A stretch of DNA of 64,000 nucleotides, taken from NCBI RefSeq assembly GCF_009834535.1, contig NC_045707.1:58902001-58966000 (forward strand), written 5' to 3'. A model generated the notes under the pieces. That model saw only the letters and a program-made list of their open reading frames with translations. It made no database searches and was not told the DNA's origin. Origin of the DNA: Camelus ferus. Lineage: Eukaryota. This document shows, piece by piece, positions 12,001 through 26,161 of the stretch (position 1 is the stretch's first letter; every line of letters starts with the position of its first letter). Position numbers and translations under genes: made by a program.

Positions 12001-12859
12001 TTACTAAATAAAATAAATAGCCAGGGTATTTCTGTCTCTGGACATAGTCACAGGTAAGTTTAATAAATACCAACCATCTTTTTCCTTTGCATTATTCACT
12101 TCAGATAAAACAGCCAAGGCTGAGCTTTAGGTACTTTTGTACACCTTTGCTACCAATAGGTGCCATTTCCAGCAGTTTCCATAGTGAGAAATGGAAGAAG
12201 TATTATATACGTTGTTTCCGCTTTTACCAGTGGAAGGAGTGTTCAATGTTGATGGCAACACAAAACACGAAATGTTTACAAAATTACTTCTTTAGCTGCC
12301 TGATTTCCTCATACATCTTTCTACCAATACTACATTTCTAAAAATAATACTCCCCCAGAATTTGACCAACTTTAACTGCAAACATACGCAACTCCCTCCA
12401 GAAAGGCAGACAATACAAACTCTCATGAGTTACTGCAGATAGCTTCAAGAGTTTAGGTTTCTAAGTCTAAGACTTAGATGGAAACTTTTATTTCCTTAAG
12501 CCTTTTATTATCCCATCTCAATAAAAATAATCTATACATACTAGTAAAAGAAAGACGGAAAAGAAGTAAAAATGTAAGTGTAAACAATCACTGTGTTTCT
12601 GCAGGCATGGTTCCCTTCCCTCATGGGGCCGTGGTTGATATTTATGATTTTTAACTCTTTCACCAATTAATTATTACTCTTGCCTTTGGCCAGAAACTTA
12701 ACCATGTTAGTTTGTTTCAGTTTGGAAGAATGACCCAGAATAACCTTGTGAGATTTGATTCTTATGGTAATCCTACTGGTAATGAGTTGCCATAATCTTC
12801 CATTCACTTTTATCACGGAACAGATGAAATTAGGGGAGTCTCTGATTCTGTTCACACCT

Positions 12860-12985
12860 CAATTCACTCAACAAGTATTTGCTGAATAACTGATATATTC
12901 TAGGCACTGTTCTATACAGTGGGATACTTTGGTAGACAAAACGAACAAAGATCCCCATCCTTGAGCCACTTGCATTCAAACATGA
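12860..12985 (-). mobile_element. L2 3' end
   Basis: 'attcactcaacaagtatttgctga...ctaggcactgttcta..gggatac'. Confidence 0.75.
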
Positions 12986-13689
12986 AGTGGTATAAAATAA
13001 ACATTGAACACTAATAAGTAATTTTATATGTTAAAGCGTAATAAGTATAAAAGGGAGACTATGCACAGAAGTGCACGGAGGACTGGAATCCCTGGAGTTG
13101 GCCACAGCAACCATATAAACTTCAGTTTGGGATTGTTTACTAAGTGGCATGAAAAACCCCAAGTGGCTAAGTAGCAACATCAGTTTTAATTGGTGGAGCT
13201 ATTGTTTCAGTTACTCTAATAAAAACAAACAAACAAAACCTCACAAGTGGATCATTTAGTTTCCTAAAGTCAAGCACCACATCAAACTCCTTGCTGGGAG
13301 ACCTGACACGTGAGTTCTGGCTATGAGACAACGTGCACAGAGACCATACGACATCCTCTGGGCAGAAGATAGCATCCAAATTTAAAAATGATTTGTCTCC
13401 TTGTGCTGGAGAAATTCATTTTTAATAGAAATTTTTTCTTTCTATAATACCAGCTACTTCCTGATGACCAGTCAACTGACAAGGCCAATAATCATAGTTT
13501 TGCATTTTACTTTTCCATATCATGATTTCCTTAAAGCAATGATATCATCATACTGGGAGAGGAATAAGGCACTTAGCAAGCCCATGAATGTTTGTGCTGG
13601 TGTAACATGATGAGCAGAGAAAATAAATCTCAGTCTAGAATACATGTTTCTTCCACATTTCCTCCAAATAGAAGGTGTCCAATGTTAGA

Positions 13690-14040
13690 AGCTTAACATC
13701 AGGTATCTAAGTGGGGCTGCACCCTTGTGGTATGTTGGTGTGTTAGGCTCAGGGGTGGAAGTTGTCACTGAAAAATTGGGTTCTTATGCATGGTATAGCA
13801 AGGTCTGCACTGACTGAGTGGGGAACTGTGATGCTGAGCCTATGAATATTGTTCCTCACTATCAAGTGACCACTTTGTTTAGTAACCCACTGGACAATCA
13901 ATCAGGTGGCTAAAATGCAGCTGAATGATGTACAAATGCCAAGTGCACTGGTGTTCTTGATGAAGTTTCTCTTCAGCAGAGAGGGGCTTTCTGTATACAC
14001 TCACACACAACAAAAATATTTCTGCCCTGAAGGTTACTCT
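13690..14040 (-). mobile_element. ERVL/MaLR internal (pol-like) remnant
   Basis: 'gtgaccactttgtttagtaacccactgg...ggtggct' resembles the ERVL RNaseH/integrase region in reverse. Confidence 0.5.
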
Positions 14041-14111
14041 AAAAGGTTCAGGAACTCCAAACCTCTCTTTAAAATCCTCTAATCTTATTTCTTATAAGTC
14101 CTGAAGGAGCC

Positions 14112-14309
14112 CAGCACTGTCTAGTTGATCTTTCTGTGATGATGGAAATACTTTGTACAACTGTTGTCTAATATGGCAGCCACTAGACACATGTAACTAC
14201 TGAGCATTTGAAGTATGACTTTTAGTGTGACTAAAGAGCTAAATTTTTAACTTCTACTTTAAGCTGAAGTAGCCACATGTAGCTAGTGGCTACTGTTTTG
14301 GGCAGTGAA
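14112..14309 (+). mobile_element. MER3 (hAT-Charlie) non-autonomous DNA transposon
   Basis: 'cagcactgtc...ctttctgtgatgatggaaat...gccactagacacatgt...tagccacatgtagctagtggctac...gggcagtg' with degenerate terminal inverted repeats. Confidence 0.85.
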
Positions 14310-14724
14310 GCAGCGAATCCACTGAACTGCATACCTTGTTTATACTTCTGCTTCAAGCTTTTTAATATATTATATAAAGTTTTAAACTAGGAAGATGTCT
14401 TTACTTCTAGCTTATCCCATTTGTGCTTTCCTTTATCTAGAACATCCTGGAATACTCTTGAATTTAAGACTTCATACATAACCCACTTCATTTAACTCTT
14501 CGTGTGAAAATAATCTACCTTTTATATTAAATTTTCTAGTATTTTGCTTTTCTATAATTGATGAATGCTAAATTTTTTACTTCTTTTATTCAATTCAATA
14601 CTGTAATGTAGGGTTTGTTATTGGGCATTATACACTGTACGAGGGCATGAGCTTTTGGTTAAAATGTCACTAGTATGTACTCAGACCTAGAGCTATGAAA
14701 ATGCTTGTTAAACATTTGTTAAAG

Positions 14725-16410
14725 TTGGAACCACTAAAACACCCTAAATAGCTAAATCAATCTTAAGAAAGAAGAACAAAGCTGGAGGCATCCTTCTCCT
14801 TGATTTCAAGCCATATTACAAAGCTATTGTAATCAAAACAGTGTGGTACTGGCCTATCAATAGACACACAGATCAATGGAAGAAGAGAGCCCAGAAATAA
14901 ACCCACACGCTTATGGTCAATTAATCTGTGACAAAGGAGCCAAGAACATACAATGGGCAGAGGACAGTGTCTTCAATAAATAGTGCTGGAAAAACTGGAC
15001 AGCAACATGCAAAAGAATGAAACTGGAACACTATCTTATACACAAAACTAACTCAAAATGAACTAAAGACTTTAAGACCTAGAATCATAAAACTCCTAGA
15101 AGAAAACATAGGCAACAAATTCCTTGACATTGGTCTCAGTGAAGACTTTCTCAGATGACACCAAAAGCAAAAGCAACAAAACCAAAAATAAGTAAATGAG
15201 ACAACATCAAACTGAAAAATCGTCTGAACAGCAAAGGAAACCTTCACCAAAATAAAAAGACAACTTACCAAATGGCAGAAAATACCTGGAAACTATATAT
15301 CTGATAAGAAGTTAATATACAAAATATATACATAACACATACAACTAAACAGTTAAGAAAAAACTGATTAAAAAATGAGCAGAGATTCTAAATAGAAAAA
15401 TTTCCAAAGACAAATATAGATGGCCAATGGTACACGAAAAAATACTCAAATCATGAGGGAAATGCAAATCAAAACCACAATGAAGTATCACTTCATACCT
15501 GTTATAAGAGCTGTTATCAAATAACTAGGAATATCAAGTAATTTTGATAACAGCCACTACAGAAAACAGTATGGAGGTTACTCAAAAAATAAAAAATAGA
15601 ACGACCACATGATCTAGCAATTCCACTTTTAAGTACTTATCTGAAGATAACAACAACAACAACAAACTCAAAAAGACGTAGGCACTTCATGTTAATTGCA
15701 CCATCATTTATAATAAGCAAGTTATGGAAACAACCTAAGTGCCCATTGATGGATGAATGGCTAAAGAAAATGTGGTTTATACTGACAAATATTACTCAGC
15801 CTAAAAAATAGTGAAATCTTGTCATTTGCATCAACGTGGATGAGCCTTGAGGACATTATGCTTAGTGAAATAAGAAAGAGAAAGAAAAATACCATATGAT
15901 CTCACTTATATGTGGAATCTGAAAAAAAAAAAAAAAAAAAAAAGACCAAAAATCTGAGCTCATGGATATGAAGAAACAATTGGCTGTTGCCAGAGGTGGA
16001 CGGTAGGGGGTTAAGTGAAATACATAGCTAACTCAATCTTAAGAAAGAAGAACAAAGCTGGAGGTATCCTCTCCTTGATTTCAAGCTATATTACAAAGCT
16101 ACTGTAATCAAAACAGTGTGGTACTGGCATAACAATAGACACACAGATCAATGGGAGTCACAAGGTGCAAACTTCTGGTTAGAAAATAAATAAGTTATGG
16201 GGATGTGATATACAAAACATGGGTCTATAGTTAATAATATTCTATTTTATATTTGAAAGTTGCTCAGATCTTAGAAACTTTCATCCTAAGAAAAAAATTT
16301 ACAACTATGTATGGTGATGAATGTTAACTAGAATTATTGTGGTGATCATTTCACAATGTATACAAATAATGAAATAATTATGTTTAATACCTGAAACTAA
16401 TAAAAAAAAT
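14725..16410 (+). mobile_element. 5'-truncated L1 (ORF2 3' part and 3'UTR) carrying an internal 131-bp self-duplication
   Basis: Continuous L1 ORF2 C-terminal sequence and 3'UTR ending 'cctgaaactaataaaaaaaa'. Confidence 0.92.
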
Positions 16411-17590
16411 CAAATGACATTTGAAGAAATGACCATATATAACTATGTGGGTGAATTTTGCCTGCATTTACCTGGATATAAGTAAATTCTTGTCTCTCAT
16501 AAGCACTGGTGAAAGGAAGATTCTCCCCTAAGTTGGGAAAGTGAGGTAACAGTTATATTGAAGAATCTGAAAGGATCAAATGTGTCAATTAAAGCATAGT
16601 GTTTTGAAGCTTTCTGCCAGTTTCAGAATCTAAATCTTTTCATATTTACCTATTACATTTCTTCTCTAGGTCTTTCCCTCAGGAAATTCCTCCAAAAGTA
16701 TCACTTCTGGTAAGTAATATGTTATGGAAAATGCAGTCCTTTTCATTTGAACTACATAATATCTATACATTTATCAGTCCCAGTTGCAGAATTACATTTT
16801 TTAGATTTTTCTAGAGTTAGTTTAATTATTAGACTGATCTGAATTCATTGACAGCATGCTCTGAAGAAAAAGTCAAAAAGCAGTGCACTTACATATTAAA
16901 TTTAATAGCAGCCTTTTCTTATATGTATTTTATTTATGTATTTTTTTCAAATAACCAGGGAGGTGATGTACAGTGTGATACTTTTGACACAAATTCAGGG
17001 TATAAGTATTAAATTTTAATTCATTTTATCCATTTTTTTCATGCATTTCTTCATTTAGCATGTATCTATGGAGTAACTACAATGTGCAGGAAATAATGGG
17101 GTTTGCAAAAGGTGGTAAAAAAAACATGTAATTAAAAAAATTGTGACAAAAATTAAGTTATGTATGATATAGTGGTGTATGATATAGTTACCAATGTTCA
17201 CTGCAATTCCTAGAAAAAGAATAGTTTACCTCTGATATGTAATAAAATCAGCTATATGAACCCTAAATATTCATTTCTAAGTATTCTTCACCTTTTTTTC
17301 AGTTCGCTGGCATTTTATATGGAGTCTCACTCAACTCATTAGAACCTGTCAAAAGTCTACTTACAGCATTTCAGCGCTGGAGCTAACCTTAGAGATAATT
17401 CACTCATAAAACTCAAAATAGAGTAACACGGAAGTTTAATGATTTGCCTATTTATTCAGATGTTAAAGGTGGAGACAGCACATGGCCCAGGTATAATAAA
17501 TTTTAATTCATCCTCTTCTTATGATGCTATGCAGTGGATATTTTCTGCCACAGGAACTCAGTTTTTCCACTTAACTTCATTCAGATATTT

Positions 17591-17820
17591 GGGGGAAGAG
17601 GTGGGATGGATAAACTGGGAGTTCAGGATTTTCAGATACTAACTACTATATATGAAACAGGTAAACCCACAAGGTCCTACTGTATAGCACAGGGAATTAT
17701 ACTCAGTACTTTGTAACAGCCTATAATGAAAAATAATATATATATACATATAACTGATCACTATGTTGTATGCCAGAAATTAACGCAACATTGTAAAATG
17801 CCTATACTTCAATTAAAAAA
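17591..17820 (+). mobile_element. Short young L1 3'-UTR fragment (camelid-like type)
   Basis: 'gataaactgggagttcaggattttcagatactaactact...cctactgtatagcacaggg...tatacttcaattaaaaaa'. Confidence 0.85.
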
Positions 17821-17934
17821 TGCTAATCTTTAGGGTAACTTGAAATTGTGGGTTCTGGAATGTTATACTGCCAACAGAAATCATAATAAATTGTATATTT
17901 GAGAAATTTTAAAAAAGCATACAATTGATTTCTA

Positions 17935-18340
17935 CAGTCAGAGATTGCTGTTTACTGAAATCTATTTGCTCTTCTTTTTAGCTATACAAATTGACTAAGT
18001 GCCCCAATCTTTCTTGCAGTTAGGAATGAACATGTCATGGAATTCTAGGCAATGGGATGAAACGGAAAAGCTGTGTGCTGTATCAGTGAAAAGGGTTAAA
18101 AAGACATGTGGGCCAACTCCGCACTCTTTTTTCCTCCACTGACTGGCTGCAAATGATAATAAGAATACACAGTATAGTAGGAGGTTAGAGGAAAAAATCC
18201 TGGGTCTCCTAATTACTACTTAAAGAATTGCCTGAAGATCTGGATTCACCCCCTTGAACTGATAAATGAGCAAGAAATAAACTTTTCTTGAGCTTTAGTC
18301 ACTACAGTTTTATTGATGGATTTGTTTCTGCAGTTGTGCT
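17935..18340 (+). mobile_element. MLT1J-like MaLR solo LTR
   Basis: 'cttgcagttagg..catgt..gaattctaggcaatggg...cctgggtc...tgagcaagaaataaacttt...gatttgtttctgcag'. Confidence 0.75.
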
Positions 18341-19784
18341 TCATATCTCATTTAGGATTCTCACTGACTTCTCCGAATCTTAATATTTAAGAACCCAAAG
18401 TGACTATTCCACTGGAAATTCATGTAGGTACTTTCAGGGAGAGTCTAGGTGATAAAGGAAAACTGACTTTCATATAAAAAATGAGCACGTAAGTGTAACT
18501 TTAAAAATGGAGACATCTCTATTGAGACATATGTACTGTTTCATGACTGATTAACAGCTAGGAAGCTTAAAGCCATATTTCCATATAAGAAGTGCCAGCA
18601 TAGGTCTATGAAGTTATTATTTTTTTTAATTTGGCCCTTGTCAACTGTTATGAAACTGTCAACGAACATCTGCCAAGAAATGAAGAAGTGTTTTAATTAC
18701 ATTTCTCAAAGAATGAGGGATGCAATAAGGTTATGTTTCTCATTTTGTAATCACATGCATTGAAAAGTAAATGGGCTAACACTGATGTTCTCTGGTTGTC
18801 TAACTTTGTAAGTATTTTAATCTATTTTTCTTCATAAACTGTGCACATTCCTTTATGCCACATTTTCCTACAGTGGTAGAGGTGAGTTCTTTAATCAATA
18901 AGCTTTAAAACATTATTTACTACTGTTATAATAAGCAATGCAGGAATCAAAAATAAACACACTATGTGTAATATACATAGTATATATACCATATAAAATA
19001 AAACACGTATGTATGTGTGTGTATATATGCTGCAAGATACTCTAGGTAGAAATATTTCACAGCACTTATTTGTAAACATGCACCAACATGCATTGTGTTC
19101 CTTCATCCTCACATTTAAAAAAATTCAATGAAATAGTAATAAAATTTAATATGGTTACTAACTTTAATATTTTCTTTTAAGAACACTCCCTTTAAAATTT
19201 GGAAAGATTAAAATAAAAAAATCCAAACATGTAATATTATCTTGAAATACATGCACATCTAAAAGTAAAATTAGGTTATTGTTCCTAGTATTTGAGTTCC
19301 TAAGGAAAGCATCAAGTTTTTCCAAAATTGTAATTTTCTCCATTATATTTAAGATGCACAGAATTAGATCAGTAATAAACCGTGGTTCATTGAACATACT
19401 CATCATTGTCAGCACTTAGTATGCTTTTGTTTGGTTATTATATTTTAATAACTTTAATAAATTTAGTAATATAAAAAGCACCAAACTTACCACTGAAAAC
19501 CTGAGTCAGCTGGCCAAGTTTGACTAGGTTTTAGTTTTTAGCTGTTTTAACATCTTTTTTTTATATTATAACTTTTATTACCTCTTTTGTTCCTCTTTTG
19601 TGTGTATTCTATAGCAATTACACATTTTTTTCCTGATACATGTTGAATTCATTCATTTTGATGCTTTCTACCTTTCTAATCATAACCTAAATATCTGAGG
19701 CTATTCGACTGCCAAAACGCATGGGTTTTGAGAATTCTACAGGATTTTATAAGTACTGTTTTTATAATCATTCATTTCTAGGAT

Positions 19785-20250
19785 TATAATTTACTGAAGT
19801 ATACTTGACTTACAGTAAAATTCATCAATTTTAAGTGACCTGCCCAGTAAGTTTTTAGACAAATACATGTACTCATATAATTACTGCCACAATCACTACA
19901 TAAAATATTTCTATTGCAATTTGCAGTTTGTGCATATTATGAATACAACTTTATGAACTTTCATGTACATGCCTTTGAGTAGACAGATATTTTCCTTTCT
20001 CTTGCATAAGTACCCTTATCTTTATATGAAACTGATGAAGTATATTCTAATGTGGAATTCATAGCACCAATATTTGAGCTCTCCAGTTATTCTACATTCT
20101 TAAAACATTTGGTATTACCTGTTTTCTTTCATTCCAGGCATACTAATGTATTTACAGTTGTAGCTCATAGTTTAATTTGCATTTTCCAAATGAATAATGG
20201 GGTTGAACATCTTTTTTATGTGTTGATTGAAAAGTCATGTATCTTCCTTT
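19785..20250 (-). mobile_element. Old L1 (L1M-type) 3' fragment
   Basis: 'tttaatttgcattttccaaatgaataatggggttgaacatcttttt' is a reverse L1 motif. Confidence 0.75.
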
Positions 20251-23200
20251 GTCTATTTGTATTTAAATTTAAATTAACTGAACTTCAATATAATTTAAAA
20301 ATACAATTTTCTAGTCACACTTATCTCATTTCAAGTGCTTAATAGCCACATGTAAAAAAATGCAAACTCTATACTGGGAGAAAACATTTGAAAACATATC
20401 TGATAAAATATTTTAATACAGAATATATGAAGGACTCATAACTGAAAAGCAAAAGATAATCAACCTAGTTTAAACAAGGAAATTATTGAATGCACACTTT
20501 ACAAAAGAACTTTTATTCATACCAATTTATTCCTTTCATAAGTGACTTAGGTTTCTTTTTCTTTTTCTTTTTTTTGGTTTGGAAGCACAGATTTTTCTGA
20601 TAACTTTACTTTGCTGTATTTTAAACTTAGCCTTTCCAGATTCATTTTTCTAGGTACAAAGATAAACCCTTTCTACAGAAAGAGCAGGTCTGCTTTATGT
20701 CAGAAGAATTTTAAATATTTAGCTCTGATACATATATTTGGATCTTCCCATTCCAATTGTATGTATGTTGGATCACCTTGCCTGCCTTCTTATCTTTTTC
20801 TTATTTTAACCTATTTATTCAGACTGAATTTTGTTCCTTTACTTTTTATATTCATGTTCTCTGTATCTATCACTGTGCAGTCTGTCATATTTTTCTCCCT
20901 TCAGCACTTTTTATGTTAATGTTCATTTCTGAGTTGATTTTCTGTTTTCCTTCAAAAATCTGTTTTCTATTTCTATTCTTGGTTTTGAATTCCTGATTTA
21001 CTGTGGTGTACCTTATCTGTAATGATTATTTAGTTACATTAAATATATACTGACTTTGTGTTCCGGTTTTTGAGTGCTCCGTGGTTTGGAGTATTTCTTC
21101 AGTGGGAAAGTTTTGAATTTACCTTTTATTCTCATACTTTTTTTTTTTTTAAATAAATGATAGGTTCCTTTTACTGCTGTTGATAAACTTTATAATATTT
21201 TTCTGGGCCTGTTAACAATGGATTATTCCATGGATAGAGGATAAAAGAGTTTGGGTAATTTCATCTATTAATTCAAGATTCCCTTCAGAGTGAAGGACAG
21301 TTCATTTAATAAATGGTGTGTTGGGAGAGACTGATTTTTTTAATTCACATTACTCAGTGAGCCCATCTGCCCTTAGTATATAAGCTATTTGTCAGACAAG
21401 TGGGAAGGCCATGGCAGCTCCAAAGAGCTGAAGGACAGAGAGCAAATGAATCCTGGGGTGAGCAACCAGAGTCATCAGACAACCATGGGCAATACTCACT
21501 TTACTACTTAGAATCAGAAAAGGCTTTACACTTACCCTCTTCCCCCAACAAGACAGCACTGGGAGGAGACCCTCTTTAGATTATAACTTATCAGTCGAGT
21601 AAGTTTAGAAAGGGAGGGGTTGGAAAAAACACTGCCTAAATTTAATTATTTTTCTCTATTTTATCAGGTTCTTAAATTCAGAGGGCTTCGTATTTTACTC
21701 CTGACAAATCTCTGAAGAGTACCCTAAATCACTGCCCAAAGTCATTGGAAGGGAGAAGAAACAATATAAACCAAGCAGTTCTTTTTTCTATTTTATCTTT
21801 CAACAGCGTACCAGTGTCCCAAACCAAAAATTTTATTCTCTGCCTTGCCCCCTCCATCCTCTGACACGAAATGCACACGTTAGTTCAAAACAGAACCCTA
21901 GAAGCCTTGTGTTATTTTATCCATTTATGGGTATCTTCTATTTATTACCTGACATTGATCTTGTAGGCGGGAATCAGTATGACCACCAAAACAGTGCTCT
22001 AACAAAGTGAAAACACTCAGTCCATCTATCATTTATGAAGGATTCTTGCAACTAGCATAATTCTGAATTTTTTACTGGTAATAATTTATTAGGATTTCTT
22101 TTAATAAGAGAAATTCACAGTAGAGATGATCCTTATTAATTCTAGAAGTTTCATCTTTCTGATGATTTTAGAATTAAAAAGATATTTTATTTTACCAACA
22201 TATTGGCCTTGGTATGGAATCTTGGCAAATAAGTTTGGAATTTTTAAAAGTATAAGAAGAGGTAAGAAAAAACAATGCTTTTTGAAGACTTGAAAGTTTA
22301 TATATATATACACATATACACACACACATATATTTCACATATACATATATGTACATTTTTTACTGTGGCACTAAATGAACTGCAATACAACTGCTACTAT
22401 TTTTTATATAAAATTATGTTTATAAGAGATTTAAAATTTGGATAAAAATTTCAATAGCCGTATATGAAACCTAAAGACACATAACCAGGTAATTATTCAA
22501 TCTCATGGCTTCTTAAGATAAAATGAGTTTTTTCATCCTTGGTTTGTTTTGGATGCTATTTAAAGGACCTAAACCCTTTGTTTTGGAAATCAAACACTTA
22601 GAAATGGAATTATAATAAAAGATGGCAGTAATTTAATATATGTACATATACGTAATTTTCTTCTTACAGCTATGAATACTGAATGAGAAAATATTATTAG
22701 AGAGGTAATAAATTATGAGACAGCAATCTGCCAATGAGCCATGAAATGGACTAGAAAATTTACCTAAGCATTCAGAATCTCCATGTGCATAGCACAGATA
22801 CAACCATCCCTAAACTTCCTGAGTAGAATTCCCGGAAAGAAGATTTCATTCAAAGAATAGTGAGCACCCTCTTAGAAGGCTCCTCAAGGTCAGTTTAAGT
22901 GAAATTTTGTATGAGTAAATCAGGTTGGGTTGAAGCTTTTCAATAAAGTGAAGATTGTTTTTCATACCATCTATCCTGAAATAGAGAGCCTTGATAAATT
23001 AAAAGACTGGAGCAAGTACAGAGCTTTTATAGACCGTAGTGTAATGTCGGCTACCTGGAGGAGAGCCATACATCTCTATTTAATAATCCATTCTCTAAGG
23101 GCCTTGGGATTTCAGATAAATTTAAATAAATCAGCCTTGATTTTTCAGACAGAATTAGAGAACCTCTGATTTATGGGCTACTCAAACTTGTACCTGTAAT

Positions 23201-25264
23201 AGTGTAATGACAAAGTAGGAGACAATTTTAGATAAATGTCAGCTAAGATTACAGTTAAAACTCATGATCAATTGGGTCTTCTCTGTGAGATATGCTCTTT
23301 GTAGCTTTGGTTTATCAATGTATCAAATGGCACTTATATTTTACAGAAACTTTAAAAATTTATTACTTTCAAAAAGGTAAAAAATATATATAAATTGAAA
23401 AAAGTCTGTGCACTGATTTAAAGCCCATACTCAAGTTTAAAAGGTAAAATCAAAATATTACTCTATCTTATACTCTATCAACCCCATTACAAAAAGTTTC
23501 TGCTTTGGCTACAAAACTGAAAATCAGTAACTCTTTCAGAGACAAAATTTTGTGGACATGGCTTTCATATCAAAGGTGACTGGCTAGACTTTTTTCCACC
23601 ATAGTTTTTTCTACTAAGTATATACTATTTTAAATTGGGAATATAATTAAGAGAAGGCAATAATTTTTCCACAAGTTGTAATAGTAAAGAAGGAACTTTG
23701 CTGTACTTTCTATTTTTGGTAGAATAAAAGGTACATTATTGCCTCAGGGCATAAGATCAGATCAGGTATAAAAGAATTAAAGCAGTGACATTCAAAAATT
23801 TAAACTAAATGCTGTTAGGTTCAAAAATAAATCCTATTATACAAAATATATTTGAAAATATGATTAAATGCATATAAGATTAATACATGTTGACTGTGGA
23901 AATTTTTGGAAATAAAGAAATATGTAAGGAAGAAAAGCAGTATCATGTGTAATCTCACTTTCCAGATCCCAACACCCTCAGCATATAGAATATTATTTTG
24001 GTGTATTAACCACCAGCATTTTCCTATGTATATGTATATATTTCTGTGTAAAATTGGAATTATATTTATGATCACATAAATTTTGTATCCTGCTTTTGGA
24101 TTTTTTATTTTAAAAATATTTTCTCTTATTAAATATTCTTCCATAGAATTTTTAATATCCACAGTCTGTGATGTATCAGTGGCATTATTTAAATCGTTGT
24201 TTATTATAATAAACAAGATTCTCCTGCACTAGACACAATACAGTGAGCAAAATGTGAATACCAGTTGACAAAGACATGGCTTTTGCTGATTTAGACATCT
24301 GAACAAATAATATGAGAGAATAAATAAAGAAGAAAAGTGATACGAAAACAAGAACTAGAAATCAGTGATGGCTACAAAGAAATAATTTAAAAGTCTCAAA
24401 TTAAAGGGATTAATGTAACCATGTTGCATTATTTTACTGAATTGAGTTTAAGTTGAGTTTTTTAATGTTCTTTTAATGTCTCAAAATAAATAACTTACTA
24501 AATTTAAGCCATATATATAGAGTTTCAGTATTTCAATTTATTAGTATTTGAATTCAAATAATAAATCTTCCATATGGTTATGTAATTTGTATTGCACTCC
24601 AGATGTGACATGCAGATTAACATTACTTCCACATCATGCTATTTAATTAGACAAGAACAGAAAAAAAAAAAAAAACCCGTTGTGCTCCATGTTTTAGCTC
24701 TCATTGAAAGGTGAAAATTTTAAGAAAAAAAAATCAATTCTTTTAATCAACAAATTTCTTCCAATTAAAAGTGCCTTATCAGTTAAATAGTATAAAGGGA
24801 CAGAAAAAGTACTTGATTTAAAGCATGAGAATTCACTCCTAAAAGCAATATTTAATCAGCTATATGTGATAGAAAAGAAATTAATCTGGTACAGATGACA
24901 GAAGGAGGAAAGAGTAAAATCTGTTCATCAATTTTACTGGAAAATTCATTGTTATGTTCGTTCTTAATTTTTAGTTTTGGGAGGCTCTCAATACATTGCA
25001 TCAAAAAAATAAAAGAGTAAGTAATTATAAAGTGTTAAAACTGTTAAATATATAGCAGATGAAGAAAACAGATCTATCATTTCTGTTAATCATTGAAGCA
25101 CTTTTTCCTTTACTTTTCTTACCAATATTATTATATCTTGTACTCTTAACCTTAAAAAGTTATATACATCTACTTTGATTTTTGTAAGATAAGTACAAGT
25201 ATAAAAACTAATGTTTAAATTTAAATATGTAGTTTAAAGGATACATAATTTCACTTATACAAAT

Positions 25265-26110
25265 GCACAGATCATTCAGACATAAAACAAAAAGGAAACC
25301 TTGGCTTTAAGCATCACATTAGACCAGATAGACTTAACAGATATATATAAAACATTAAATTCCAAAATAGCAGAATACATTATTTTCAGCTGCACATGAA
25401 ACATTCTGTAGGATAGATCACATGCTAGGCCACAAAATAACCTATAATAATTTTAAGAAGGTTGAAATTGCATCAAGTATTTTCCTGACTAAGCAAAATG
25501 CAACTGAACAACCATGGGTCAAGGAGGAAATTGGAAGAGGAATCAAAAAATACTTTGAGACAAAAGAAAATGAAAATATAACACACCAAATGTATGGGAT
25601 GCAGCAAATGTAGTTGTAAGAGGAAGGTTCACAGAAATACATGTTTACCTCAGGGAACAAGAACAATCTCAAGTAAAAAAACCTAGCTTTACACCTCAAG
25701 GAATGAGAAAAGAAGAGTAAATAAAGCCCAAAATTAGAATAAAGGAAAAAAAAAAAGATTGGAGCTGAAATAAATAGTGACTAAAAAGACAGCAGAAAAT
25801 ATCAATGAAACTAAGAGCCGGGTGCTTTGAAAAAATAAACACAATTGACAAACCATTAACTAGATTCACCAAGATAAAGAGAGAGGGCTAAATAAAATTA
25901 GAAGTGAAAGATGAGACATTACAGTTGATGCCACATAAACACAAAGGATCATAAGAGACTATTATGAACATTTATGTGCCAAAATTGAGCTATGTAGAAG
26001 AAATGGATACACTCCTAGAAATCTATAGCCTTCCAACAGAACCAAAAACAGAAAATATAAACAAACTGATTGATAGTAAAGAGAATCAAACAGTAATCAA
26101 ATACCCCCCA

Positions 26111-26161
<51 letters not shown>

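Noticed and set aside
22764..22976. Minus-strand AG/GT-bounded exon candidate
   Set aside because: Stops in all three frames
23821..24216. Longest ORF in the track (131 aa)
   Set aside because: Low-complexity I/N/K/F composition from AT-rich decayed L1 sequence; no splice or homology support
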